This document shows, piece by piece, positions 25,458 to 36,853 of a stretch of 64,000 bases of DNA; within the stretch, counting starts at the first letter, position 1; each line of letters begins with the position of its first letter. Position numbers and translations under genes: made by a program. The notes beneath the pieces were generated by a model. The model did not search any database, was not told the origin of the DNA, and saw only the letters and a list, made by a program, of their open reading frames with translations. Source of the DNA: Octopus vulgaris (lineage: Eukaryota); NCBI GenBank assembly GCA_951406725.2, contig OX597817.1, forward strand, positions 40,734,001 to 40,798,000. Direction: 5' to 3'.

Positions 25458-25855
25458 GGTTCAGGAGTGGCTGTGTTGTAAATAGCTTGCTTACCAGCCA
25501 CATAGTTCTGGGTTCATTCCCACTGCGTGACATCTTGGGCAAGTGTCTTCTACTATAGCCTCGGGCCAACCAAAAGCCTTGTGAGTGGATTTGGTAGACG
25601 GAAACTGAAAGAAGCCCGTCGTATATATATATGTGTGTGTATGTTTGTGTGTCTGTGTTTGTCCCCCTAGCATTGCTTGACAACCGATGCTGGTGTGTTT
25701 ACGTCGCCATCACTTAACGGTTCGGCAAAAAAGACCGATAGAATAAGTACTGGGCTTACAAAGAATAAGTCCCGGGGTTGATTTGCTCAACTAAAGGCGG
25801 TGCTCCAGCATGGCCGCAGTCAAATGACTGAAACAAGTAAAAGAGTAAAAGAGAG
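25458..25855 (+). mobile_element. Full-length SINE A
   Basis: caggagtggctgtg...ggcggtgctccagcatggccgcagtcaaatgactgaaacaagtaaaagagtaaaagagag. Further copies at 48121-48500 and 51797-52163. Confidence 0.9.
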
Positions 25856-26469
25856 TATATTAACAAATTCTTTATTATTATTATTATTATTATTTTCAAA
25901 AAGGCGGTGAGCTGGCAGAATCATTAGCACGCAGGCCAAAATGCTTAATGAAATTTCATTCGTCTTTGTTCTGAGTTCAAGTTCTGCTGAGCTTGACTTT
26001 GCCTTTCTTCCTTTTGGAGTTGATAAATTAAGTACCAGCGAAACACTGGGGTTGATGTAATTGACTTGTCCCCTCCCCCAAAATTTCAGGCCTTGTACCT
26101 ATAGTAGAAAGGATCATTATTATTATTAAAATTGCACAACTAAGCTCTGTTTGTACTTAATGATGTGGCTATCTAGCAGAAATGGTTTTGTACTGTCAGT
26201 ATCACATAAAAAGTACCCACTACACTTTGTAAACTGGTTGGTATTAGGAAGGATAACCAACCATGCAAACCATACCAAAGCAAACACTGGAGCTTGGTGT
26301 AGTCCTCTGGTTTACCAGTTCCTGTTGAAGCATCCAATCCATGCCAGCATGGAAAATGTTAAATGACAATGTTAATGACAACTGCACATGGAGTAAAGAA
26401 TTTAGATCTATTTTATGTACTATCTTCAAATCCTCTTGGGGGTTCATCAAAGTAAGTATTAACTGGTTA

Positions 26470-26775
26470 TGATGATGAGGGTTGCAGTTGATCCAATCAA
26501 TGCAGCAGACTGCTTGTGAAATTAACGTGCAAGTGGCTGAGTATTTCACAGACACACATTCCCTTAACATAGTTGTCAGGGAGATTCGGCATGAAACAAG
26601 GTGGGACAAAGCTAGCCTTTTGAAATACAAGTGCTACTCATTTTTGCCAGCTGAGTGGACTGGAGCAATGTGAAATAAAGTGTCTTGCTCAAGGACATAG
26701 TGTGCCATTGGGAATTGAACTCAACTTTACAATTGTGAGTCAAATACCCTAACTACTAGGCCATGCACTTTCACA
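26470..26775 (-). mobile_element. tRNA-derived SINE family C
   Basis: Minus-strand head atggcctagtagttagggt...gagttcaattcc, then gtccttgagcaagacacttta...ctccagtccactcagctg. Related heads at ~34010-34200 and ~50160-50410. Confidence 0.65.
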
Positions 26776-26986
26776 AAAAAAAAAAGGTATTAGTAATACA
26801 CTGCATTTGTTTTTGATCTTCAGCCCAAGTAAGAAGTTGCTATCTAATTCTTCTAGAATTGCCATTTTTCAAAGAGGATTTTATATTAAATAACCAGATT
26901 GTCATATGCATGTCTACATGGAAATAAGAAGAGTGGGTAGAGTATATGCATGCCTCCTGAATAATAATTCTGTTTGTCTTTAACAG

Positions 26987-27117
26987 ATTACAAAGGTGAT
27001 GTTTATACACTGAAAAAATTCAGTGGCGACTACAAAGTATGGAAATCTCTGTTACATGAAGTAGTTTCTTTTGGAATACAAGGAAATTTCATTTACGCAA
27101 CAACTCTTACAAAGGAT
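26987..27117 (+). CDS. SORT1: Sortilin exon G: (Y)YKGDVYTLKKFSGDYKVWKSLLHEVVSFGIQGNFIYATTLTKD
   Basis: taacag acceptor, gtgagt donor, 131 nt. Matches KIYSFGLGGRFLFASV. Confidence 0.92.
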
Positions 27118-29229
27118 GTGAGTTCATCTTTCCTTATTGAATTTCTAGTTAACATGATAATGCATAATCAGTAAATGTGATTATACATCATCTTGTATGT
27201 TTTGCATTTTAAGCTCATGTCTTCTTCTTGATGGGTGTAACTAAATGCCTGTATAAAATTTCTAATGTAAAATCCATGTTTTTGATATTAGCAGCAACAT
27301 TTCTTTCAAACTTTGGTGATTCAGTAGAATGTTGTCTTGTTGAAGGCGGTCAGCTGACAGAATCATTAGCATGCTGGGAGAAATGCTTAGTAGTATTTCT
27401 TCTGTTGTTACGTTCTGAGTTCAAATTCCGCTGAGGTGGACTTTGTGGGTCGATAAATTAAGTACCAGTTACGTACTGGGGTCAATGTAATCGACTTAAT
27501 CCCTTTATCTGTCCTTGTTTGTCCCCTCTATGTTTAGCCCCTTGTGGGCAATAAAGAAATAAGATGTTGTCTTGTTTTACATGGCTTATGTTAACTTTTT
27601 TATTGTGTCTGGGGAGGGTCATTATGTAAATAATAGACACACTGGTTCTGCTTCACTTCTTTTATTATTACTCATTTGATGGCTACGAGCAGAAGCATTA
27701 ATTATCATATAAAATGCTTTCTTGCATTTCTTCTAGCTTTACATTCTTGAGTAGTTCAAACTCTACTGAGGCTGATTTGACTTTCTTCCTTTCAAGTAGT
27801 GGGGTTGCTGTATTTGACTAACCCTCTTGCACAAGATTTCAGGTCTTCTGCCTGACTGGCTCCCATGCTGGTGGCACGTAAAAAGCATCCACTACACTCT
27901 CAAAGTGGTTAGCGTTACAAAGGGCATCCAGCTATAGAAATATTGTTAGATCAGATTGGAGCCTGGTGCAACTCCCTGGCTTGCCAGTCCCCAGTCAAAC
28001 CGTCCAAACCATGTCAGCATGGAAAACAGATGTTAAATGATGATGATGATGACTACTATTAATCAGTTGGTTAATGATTTCACCAATTAACTAATCAATC
28101 ATTTGATTAATCATTCAGTCAATCAATCAGCTAGGTTTGTCAAAGTCCTTTCATTGCCATTCATGACATGTCCTAACCAGTTGACTAATGATTCTTTCTA
28201 ATTTTGGCACAAGGCCAGAAATTTTGAGAGGCGGTGGGGCAAGTTGATTGCATCAGCCTCAGTACTTGTCCGGTGCTTATTTTATCAACCCTGCAAGGAT
28301 GAAAGGCAAAGTCAACCTCAGTAGCATTTGAATTCAGAATGTAAAGAGCAGACCAAATGCCATGAAGCATTTTGTCCAACACCTTAACAATTCTGCCAGC
28401 ACGCCACTTTCCAACTAACTAATAATAAAAGAAGTGAAATATAACCAGTGTATGTATTTATTATTGGCATATTGACCCTCCCAAGATACAACAAAATATA
28501 CTTCAGAAGGTAGTGACAAGTGACCAAGACCTTTGGTAATATACTGTTCTTGTCAAGCCAAGTGAGAGCATAGTTGTAGCTGATGCTAGTGTTGTGTGAC
28601 TAGTACCCATGCCAGTGGCATCTAAAAAATACCCACTACACTCTTGGAGTGGTTGGAATTAGGAAGGGCAACCAGCCATAGAAACCATACCAAATCAGAT
28701 TGGAATCTGGTGCAGCTCCCCAGCTTACCAGTTTTCAATCAAACCGTCCAACCCATGCCAGCATGGAAAATGGATGTTGGTTGATGATGATGATATGAAT
28801 TTTCATCAAGAATCTTGCAAACCAAATCCAAATTTTAACCTCTTTACAAATATTTTTTTGATTCCCTCTATCTTGTTTGATTAGAAATTTCCATGTTGCT
28901 CTTGGCTCCATATATTTCAGTAGATGAGAGATAAACTTCTTTCTGAAACTTGCTGATTGCTTTTATTATACATATTCATAGTACTGTCTGCATGTAGTCA
29001 ATTTATGACATATTTAATATAATTAAAGAAAAATCCATTAATTAAGAATATTTATGCTGTGAAGAGAATAAAGCAGTAATCAAACATTAGATTTAATTTT
29101 CATGAATTTTTGATGAAAGGCAAAGTCAACCTCGACAGAATTTGAACTCAGAATATAAAGATGGACAAAATGCTGCCAAGCATTCTGTCTTGTATGCTTA
29201 CAATTCTGCCAGCTTGCCACTTTAATGAT

Positions 29230-30805
29230 GGTTACTCATAATGAAATATTGAACGAAGCAGGATTATTATCACAGAATGTTGGCACAAACTTATTGTGCA
29301 GTTGTGCAGTTGCTTGTTGTTCGTTTCCGGTGTTTCAATAAAAAGTTCTTACTTAATCAAGGTAATGCAGAAACACTGTATGACTCGTGAGTTCTTGCCT
29401 TGAATTGTCTTAGGTACAAGTGTGCTTCTGTTTGGTTAGCTATAAAATGGGGTAAGAACAAAACTCAGGCATTTTACAGATAAAGATTGCTTCATTTTGT
29501 GCTAAATCCCCTTCTTTGTTCTCGGAAATTATGTTCGCCTTTCCATCACCTATGTTTTTTAACACGTTTGACTGAGCCTCTGCAAATTCTGAGCCCACCC
29601 ATAGGTGCAGCTGCACTGGGTAATTAATCATCGCAAATTTGGTGGCTTTGTTGAAGATGAAGGGGGAGCATGCTAGAAAATCAATAAAGACCACCATGAA
29701 AGCAAACCTTCACCAACAAAATGAAATCAATAATCAGGGCTGACAAAGTTTTCAAATTTCCTAGCGAGTGGAAAAATGTGACTGGAAATTAATTAGCATC
29801 TCAATTTTCACTCGTATCTCAAAACACAAAAGCATGAAATTTCGCTTAAGAAAATCTTTGCATCTTATGTCATTCGTACCTCAAGTTAGAGCTAAAAGAA
29901 AAGGTTGCGGTCAATTTAAATGCGGAAACCTGCAAGGAATAGTTTTATTGAGTTTCCATTGATTGATTGACAGTTTTGGTAAACTTGAATCAAATTAAGA
30001 TTTTTTGCACCAAAAGGATCACCCTGATAACCCTATGCCCCTGCTGTGCAAGTAGCAAATGATTCGATCTTAGGCTGAATGCAAACAAATAAACGTTTTT
30101 TTATGAAAATCCCTTGGAGGTTGGTCAACTTACTCATTTTTCATTTTTAATCCTACTTGAATAAAACATCCTGGGCTCTTGCTGGATATCTTAAATCAAC
30201 CAAAAGCATAAAAGTAAAGCCTTTCCTAAATAGATTCATTGAATAGGCTCCAACTCTTTTATGGCATACTTAAGGAACAATAGCATATCAAGTATATTTG
30301 GTCTTTCATGAAAATCCCGCTCTCTTGTCATTCACTTGGTCTGACTCGTTAATTATTCCCTGCATTTATCAAATCAAAAAAGCATGCACGTTTGAAAACC
30401 AAAACACATGATAACGTGTCTTTGCAAAACACAAAAATGCACTGAGTCATACAGACTGTCTGCAAATGTGCATGCGCATTCAACTGTCAAGGGTAAAATT
30501 ATCTCTGTCCAATCAAAAAACAGCTGGCAGTCTGTTGGCATATCTAGCTGTACGCATGCACCGTGTACAATTTTCTATGTTTTAGCAATTTTGAATGGAT
30601 ATGCCCATAACTTATGGGTATAAGGGGTTGGTGTATTGATGTTTTTAATGGCTTTCTGGAGTGTCTGGGGAAATGAAAAGATCTTCACAATCACCCTTAG
30701 ATAGTTTTGAAAGCCCATAAAAAATGCGAGCCTTTTACGTGAAAAACTGGATTTGTATAAAGGACACACAGACACACAAACATTTTGCTGTTTATAGATA
30801 TAGAG
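29230..30805 (-). mobile_element. Probable non-autonomous Helitron-like element
   Basis: Minus-strand start TCTATATCTATAAACAGCAAAATGTTTGTGTGTCTGTGTG resembles the other Helitron 5' ends in this window. The 3' end was not located. Confidence 0.4.
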
Positions 30806-31217
30806 ATATATATGTATATATCATAGATGCAGGCACGGCTGTGTAATTAAGAAGCTTACTTCTTAACCATGGTCTCAGATTCTGTCCTACTTGTGTCACC
30901 TCAGGCAAGCGTTTTCCTGTATAGTCCAGGATTAACTGAAGTGTGTGGATTGGTGAACAGGGATGGAAGAAGCCCAATGTGTGTGTGTTGTGCGTGTCTG
31001 TATAAATCCTTCAAGGTGGTGTTCCAGCATGACCATAATCCAATGACTGAAACAAGTGAAAAGGTTAAAGATAAAAAAAAAAATCATTCTTAGTAAAGCA
31101 GGGTTTTTGAGAAATTTGTTAATTACTATCGAATGACTGTTCCTTGTGAAATATTGTGGTAAATATTTTCTTGATCACCTTTCTTACTGAAATTGTATCT
31201 TTATTTTCATTCTGAAG

Positions 31218-31301
31218 GGCAAAGAAAGAAGAATGCAAATTTCATCTGATGGTGGCATTACTTGGAATGAAGCCCAACTTGAAACCATCGCACACGACCG
31301 A
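31218..31301 (+). CDS. SORT1: Sortilin exon H: GKERRMQISSDGGITWNEAQLETIAHDR
   Basis: ctgaag acceptor, gtaagt donor. Matches [22 protein letters not shown]. Confidence 0.93.
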
Positions 31302-32260
31302 GTAAGTTTATTTTCACCATAATTAATATCTTAATATCTCTCTTGGTATAACAGTTTACACCTCTTGCCCGCAATGTCTTCTAAATATTCTGGAATTAAA
31401 ACACTTTGTTTTATAACCTAGGAGGCATACCCTTTATAAATGCAAGGCTGGCTGCGTGGTTAAGAAACTTTCTTCCGAACCTTGTGGGCTTCAGTTGAGT
31501 CCCACTTGGCAATAGTCTTCTATTAGTTTCATCGAAACACAAGTTATGTTCAGTGTAAAATAAAATAATTTTCAGATGATGTCATGGAGGCAATGACAAA
31601 TGCCCGAGAGCTTTGGCAATATGCCATGCTTGAGAAGAAGAGCCACCAAGCCAAGTGGAATCGTAGTCATGGCAGATACTGATGGCACGTAAAAACACTC
31701 ATTACACTCTTGGAGAGCTTAGTATTAGGAAGGACATAAAACCATAGTAACTATGCCAAATCAGGCTGAAGTCTGGAGCAGGCCCTCAGCCTTATCAGCC
31801 CTGGTCAAACCATCCAAACCATGCCAGCGTGGACAACAGACGTTAAATGATGGTTACATGAATGTAACACTTGAAAATTGTTTATCCAGTAAGGTTAAGA
31901 ATTACTTCAAATAAAGGATCTGCTTGGTTGAAGGGACCTCAAAAAAAGCAAGTGTGCCATGATTCACAACTTTATTCTCTCAGTAAAAATATCTCAGGCT
32001 TCATGCTTGTGCAGAAATAAACCAGGATTATTTTTACTTAAGCCAAAATCTTCAGTGAAGCAAGAATAAGAGAGCACTTGATGCATGACTCTCGATATTA
32101 AGTTTTGACTCCAAATCTCACTAGAGATAATTTGGCTTGTCTTTTCTCTAGATTTGATAAATCAACTAGATTTTGTTTAAATTGTCTTAAATTGGTGATC
32201 TTTATCTTAACTAAGGAAAGGTTCTTGCTAAAATCTATTTTATATTCTGTATCTTTTCAG

Positions 32261-32321
32261 TTTTTCTCCATTCTGGATATGTCTGAAGGATTAATGTTTA
32301 TGCACGTTGATAATCCTGGAG
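32261..32321 (+). CDS. SORT1: Sortilin exon I: FFSILDMSEGLMFMHVDNPG(D)
   Basis: ttttcag acceptor, gtaagc donor. Matches [20 protein letters not shown]. Confidence 0.95.
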
Positions 32322-32326
32322 GTAAG

Positions 32327-33565
32327 CACCTTAAAATTTCAAACAAATTTATTTTAATATGGAGTAGGACGACCTTTGGCAGTAATTACAGCTTGAATTC
32401 TACGAGGTATGGACTCGTACAAAATTTGAATTGTTTCTAAAGGAATTTTTGTCCATTCTTCAGCTAAAACAGTTTCCAGTTCTTGTAGTGATGATGGTGA
32501 AGGATATCGACTCCTTACTTCTTTTTCTAAAATGCACCATTGATGTTCAATAATATTGAAATCTGGGGACCGGTAGCCAGATAAGATGCTCAACTTTACT
32601 AAAATGTTCCTTGTGCCACTCAGTGACAACTTTAGCTGTGTGAATTGGTGCATTATCATCCTGAAAGATTGCATTTCCCTCCGGAAACAGTTCCGCAACC
32701 ATAGGATGAATTTGATCAGATAAAATGCTTAAATAGTCTTGACTATTTATTCTGCCATGAATGGAAACCATTGGGCCAGGAGATTTCCAAGATATACCCC
32801 CCCCCCCAGATCAACACAGATCCTCCTCCATGTTTAACTGTTAGAAGAAGGCATTCTGGGTCTAATGCTTCTTTTGGCTGTCTCCACACATACTCAGCCA
32901 GTGGTCGGAAATAAGGTAATGGATTATGAATATGTGAAAATAACATTCTTCCACTGCTCTAGGGACCAATTCTGTAGGTTTTACTCCACTCGAAATGCTT
33001 TGCAATATTCGTTTTTGAATGTAGTGGTCTTCTGATTGTTGCCCTCTCATTAAATTCAGCTTTGTACAGCTTCCAGCAAACAGTTTTTGTGGAGACTGGG
33101 TTCTCAAGGTGGCCATTAAGTTCTGCAGTAATTTTGGGAGCTGTACTTTTGTGATTCTTTTTAACAATTCGTGTAAGAGTCCAACAGTCCCTATCTGAAA
33201 GTTCTGGTTTTTTTCCAGAGTTTTTTTCAACAAGGAGGTTTTTCCCTCTTTCTCAAAGGCTGCCATTACTTTCGAGACAGTACTTGTTGATACACCAAAC
33301 ATTTTTGGCTGTTTTCATTACACTGGTGCCTGCCATAAGAGCACCAACAATTTGACCTCTTTGAAAGTCCGATAGATCTGTCATTTTAATGAATTTTAAT
33401 TACCTTTTTCTGATGATATCTGGAAAGAAACAGCAATTTTAGCAAAACATATTAAGCAACACTAATAATAAATCAAAAAACATAAAAATAAACAAGCTTT
33501 TGACGGTTTTATAGATATTTCAAAATTATGAAAATATGATGCTAGGTTTTTTTGTCCAACTCTTG
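32327..33565 (-). mobile_element. Tc1/mariner transposon fossil (frameshifted transposase 33384->32354)
   Basis: MTDLSDFQRGQIVG..., TVKHGGGSVLIWG, FQDDNAPIH, SPDFNIIEH, IPRRIQAVITAKGRPTPY*. Decayed TIR caagagttggacaaa next to TA at 33566-33567. Confidence 0.92.
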
Positions 33566-34472
33566 TATGTGTATAAGTTGCATCCCTAATTTAGTGTTAA
33601 ATCTTATGCAAAATTATTTTCCTTCATTGTTTTACCCCATATATAAATTACACCCCAGTTTTTTTCCTGTTAAAATCAAATGTAAAATGGTGTGACTTAT
33701 ACACAAGTAAATATGTTAAACATTGAAAGGAGGAGTTATAAGGATTGTTAGAAAAAAATACATCAACACAGTAAATACAAGCCAAAAATAAAAATAGGAC
33801 AGTAAATTAACAGATTGTTTACAAAAGAACGGCATTTGTCTCAAATAGCATGTCAGTAAAATATTATTCATTGTATAAAGTAAAAACGACATAATTATGA
33901 TCATGTGGTGTGTATGTAATTAAGATATACAGACACTTAGCTAGTACTAATAACATAATGTAAACAAATGTAGACCATAAACCAACAGAAATAGTTAAAG
34001 GATGAGAACAGAAAGCAGAATTAGAACTCGCTCTTTCCATCAAATCAACGTTAACTGTACAGGTGCATGGTGTGCCACATGTCAGAACAGCATGAAATGG
34101 AGTGTTTTGCTCAAGAACACACTGCACGGTCCAGTCCAGGAATTGAAACCCTGATCTGGCAAACATGAATGCAACACCCTAACCACTGGCCCACTTACCT
34201 TCACTATGTCTAAGAAATTAATGGAAGTATTACAGGTGTTGGAGATGAATTGCAGTATGGTTTGGAAATAGTTATGTGGGATATGAAAAATGTGAGTGAC
34301 TTACTGTTTAGTGCATGAGGTGGCACTGATGCAATTATCAAGGTACTAGCAGAGTGATAGGCTTTTTATTCGTAATTTATTCCATTAATGCCTACCCTAA
34401 TTATTGACTTGCACCATAGCCTACTTTCAGCATAACACACACTTATCATATATATATATATATATATATATA

Positions 34473-34650
34473 TTTATTTATTTATTTTATAGAAGGAGCT
34501 TCTACAGGACTAGAACTGTTTCATTCAAATGAAACAGTTCTAGTCCTGTAGAAGCTCCTTCTATAAAATAAATAAATTAATTTACTCTGCTATGTATTGA
34601 GTACCTTATTTACTGTGGTTAACCCCGACTCAACCCGGGACCTACATATT
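34473..34650. repeat. Perfect ~50-bp-arm palindrome in a (TA)n-embedded PLE-like remnant
   Basis: tttatttattttatagaaggagcttctacaggactagaactgtttcatt-ca-aatgaaacagttctagtcctgtagaagctccttctataaaataaataaa. Confidence 0.9.
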
Positions 34651-34695
34651 ATATTTATATATATATATATATATATATATGTTTGTGTGTGTACA

Positions 34696-34882
34696 CTTTA
34701 TTTGTGAGTTAACAAGGATACCATTGGTTTCATATCGAGAGAAATTTCAACAATTATCAATCCTGCCACATGTGACATTGGTGCTCTCCTCCATCTTGGA
34801 TGGATGGATGGATGGGAACACCAATTGTTGAGATTTCTCTCAACATGAAACCAATGGTAGCATGGTTAACTCACAAATAAAG
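34696..34882. repeat. Imperfect ~60-bp inverted repeat, PLE pseudo-LTR-like
   Basis: ctttatttgtgagttaac...taccattggtttcat...gagagaaatttcaacaatt pairs with aattgttgagatttctctc...atgaaaccaatggta...gttaactcacaaataaag. Contains a GAAAC-CAATG-GTA hammerhead half. Confidence 0.75.
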
Positions 34883-35465
34883 AATATTTATCCACTAATG
34901 CAGTGTTGAGCACACGTTCTCACTGTTCAATATTTAAAGTGTGTTTGTGTATATATTCATATATATATGAATACATCATCATCGTTTAACGTCCGCTTTC
35001 CATGCTAGCATGGGTTGGACGATTTGACTGAGGACTAGCAAACCAGATGGCTGCACCAGATTCCTATCTTGATCTGGCGTAGTTTCTACAGCTGGATACC
35101 CTTCCTAATGCACACCACTCTGAGTGTGTAGTGGGTGCTTTCACGTGCCACTAAGGCGACGCTGGTAACTCGAATGGTGCCTTTTATGTGCCACCAGCAT
35201 GGAAGCCAGTTAGCCGTTCTGTCAACGATCACACTCGGATGGTGCTCTTAGCGCCCCACTAGCACGGGTACCAGTCATTGAATTTGATTTTGATTTCACT
35301 TGCTTCAACAGGTCTTCGCAAGCAGAGCTTAGTGTCCAAAGAAGGAAAGGTACACATAAGTGGGCTGGTTACACCCTTGGCATAGGCCACGAGGTTATTG
35401 TCTCATTTGGCTTGCCAGGTCTTCTCAAGCACATATGAATATATATATATATTTATATAAATATT

Positions 35466-35501
<36 letters not shown>

Positions 35502-35502
<1 letters not shown>

Positions 35503-35847
35503 TAGCAGTATCACCTGGTGTTGCTTGGGTTAGTTTCGACCCTTTAGAATTGGAATTTTTGAAAAGTAAAAATTTTGCATTATGCAACTTGTTATTCTCT
35601 TCAAGTGAACATTTTTCCAGTTGAAATACACCGAAAAATGGTGAAACAGCAGTCAAAAATCGTCAATAATTTTTGGTGTTAACATGGTCCGATTTGAATT
35701 TTATCTTCTACAGAATGAAGAGTAACCCTTCTTCTATCATACTCTCAATTTCGGTCAACATGTGCTGCAGGGTCTCGAAGGAGATAGTGTTAATTGAATG
35801 CTACCAAACCTGCCACACACAGACAACTTCAGCTTTATATATATAGA
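35502..35847 (-). mobile_element. Non-autonomous Helitron, complete termini
   Basis: 5' TCTATATATATAAAGCTGAAGTTGTCTGTGTG; 3' imperfect hairpin acc(t)gg...tt gc..gggt followed by CTAG; A|T target. Additional Helitron 5' ends at ~35953 and ~36451. Confidence 0.8.
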
Positions 35848-36605
35848 TTTGCTACACACTACTTTCCATCCTTAATAACGAAACTTGGTAGATCCAAAAG
35901 TTTAACACACAGATACACACACAGACACACAAGTTAAGTTTCATATATATAGATTTCTCAACGGGGATTTCAGGGGAGAGTTTCAGGGAGTCGCTGGTGA
36001 TGTATCGTGATGATCAAAAATCCGGCCTGCTAAAGTTTGGTTAAAGTGATTCAAACTGCAGACTCAACGCAAAATGGTTGCATTTAATTCAAAGCGTTAA
36101 AAATGTTATGAAAACAATTGGTGTGTGTTCACAAAATCCAAACAATTAATACGAAAAAACCCTCCAGGCTACATCCCCAAAATTAATTTCTTTGCCGAAT
36201 TTCTACAATGTTTACGGCGATTCGTTTTTATATATTGATTTTTCATTTTTCATGCAATTTACGCATGCTTGCACGTGTGGTGAACACAGTTCACGTCAAA
36301 CAGCTGACTGAGTAAAGTTCACTATTCAATGCATGGGATAAGGCCTAAACAAACACATTCTACGATTTGTTGGCTAGGAGGAGATGTGCCGGGAAGTTAA
36401 GCACACAGACACACACACACAGACACACAAGTTAAGTTTTATATATATAGATATATGGTAAATGGATGTTAAATGATGATGATGTATACACTTATATACT
36501 AATGTGAATAGACAAAAAACTGTATTTTTAATTATTGCCAACTTCAACAAAGAAAGAATGATCATTAAAATGATCATTCTTTCTTTCTTTCTTTCCTTCA
36601 CACAG

Positions 36606-36853
36606 ATACTGGTTATGGGACGCTGTATACATCTGGGCAAGATGGTATCATCTACTCTAAATCTTTGGAACGCCATTTTTATCCGAGTTTATATGGAGGT
36701 ACTGATTTCTACAAAATAAAATCTATGACTGGTGTCTACTTCACTAGCAGAATACAAACAGATAATGCAATTTCAACAGTGATTACCTTTGACCGAGGAG
36801 GTATTTGGCAAGAGATTGAACCCCCAGCAGGTGTTCCTTGTGCAGACAAAATG
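36606..36853 (+). CDS. SORT1: Sortilin exon J: (D)TGYGTLYTSGQDGIIYSKSLERHFYPSLYGGTDFYKIKSMTGVYFTSRIQTDNAISTVITFDRGGIWQEIEPPAGVPCADKM
   Basis: cacag acceptor, gtaaag donor. Strong match to [24 protein letters not shown]...ITFDQGGRW. Confidence 0.97.
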
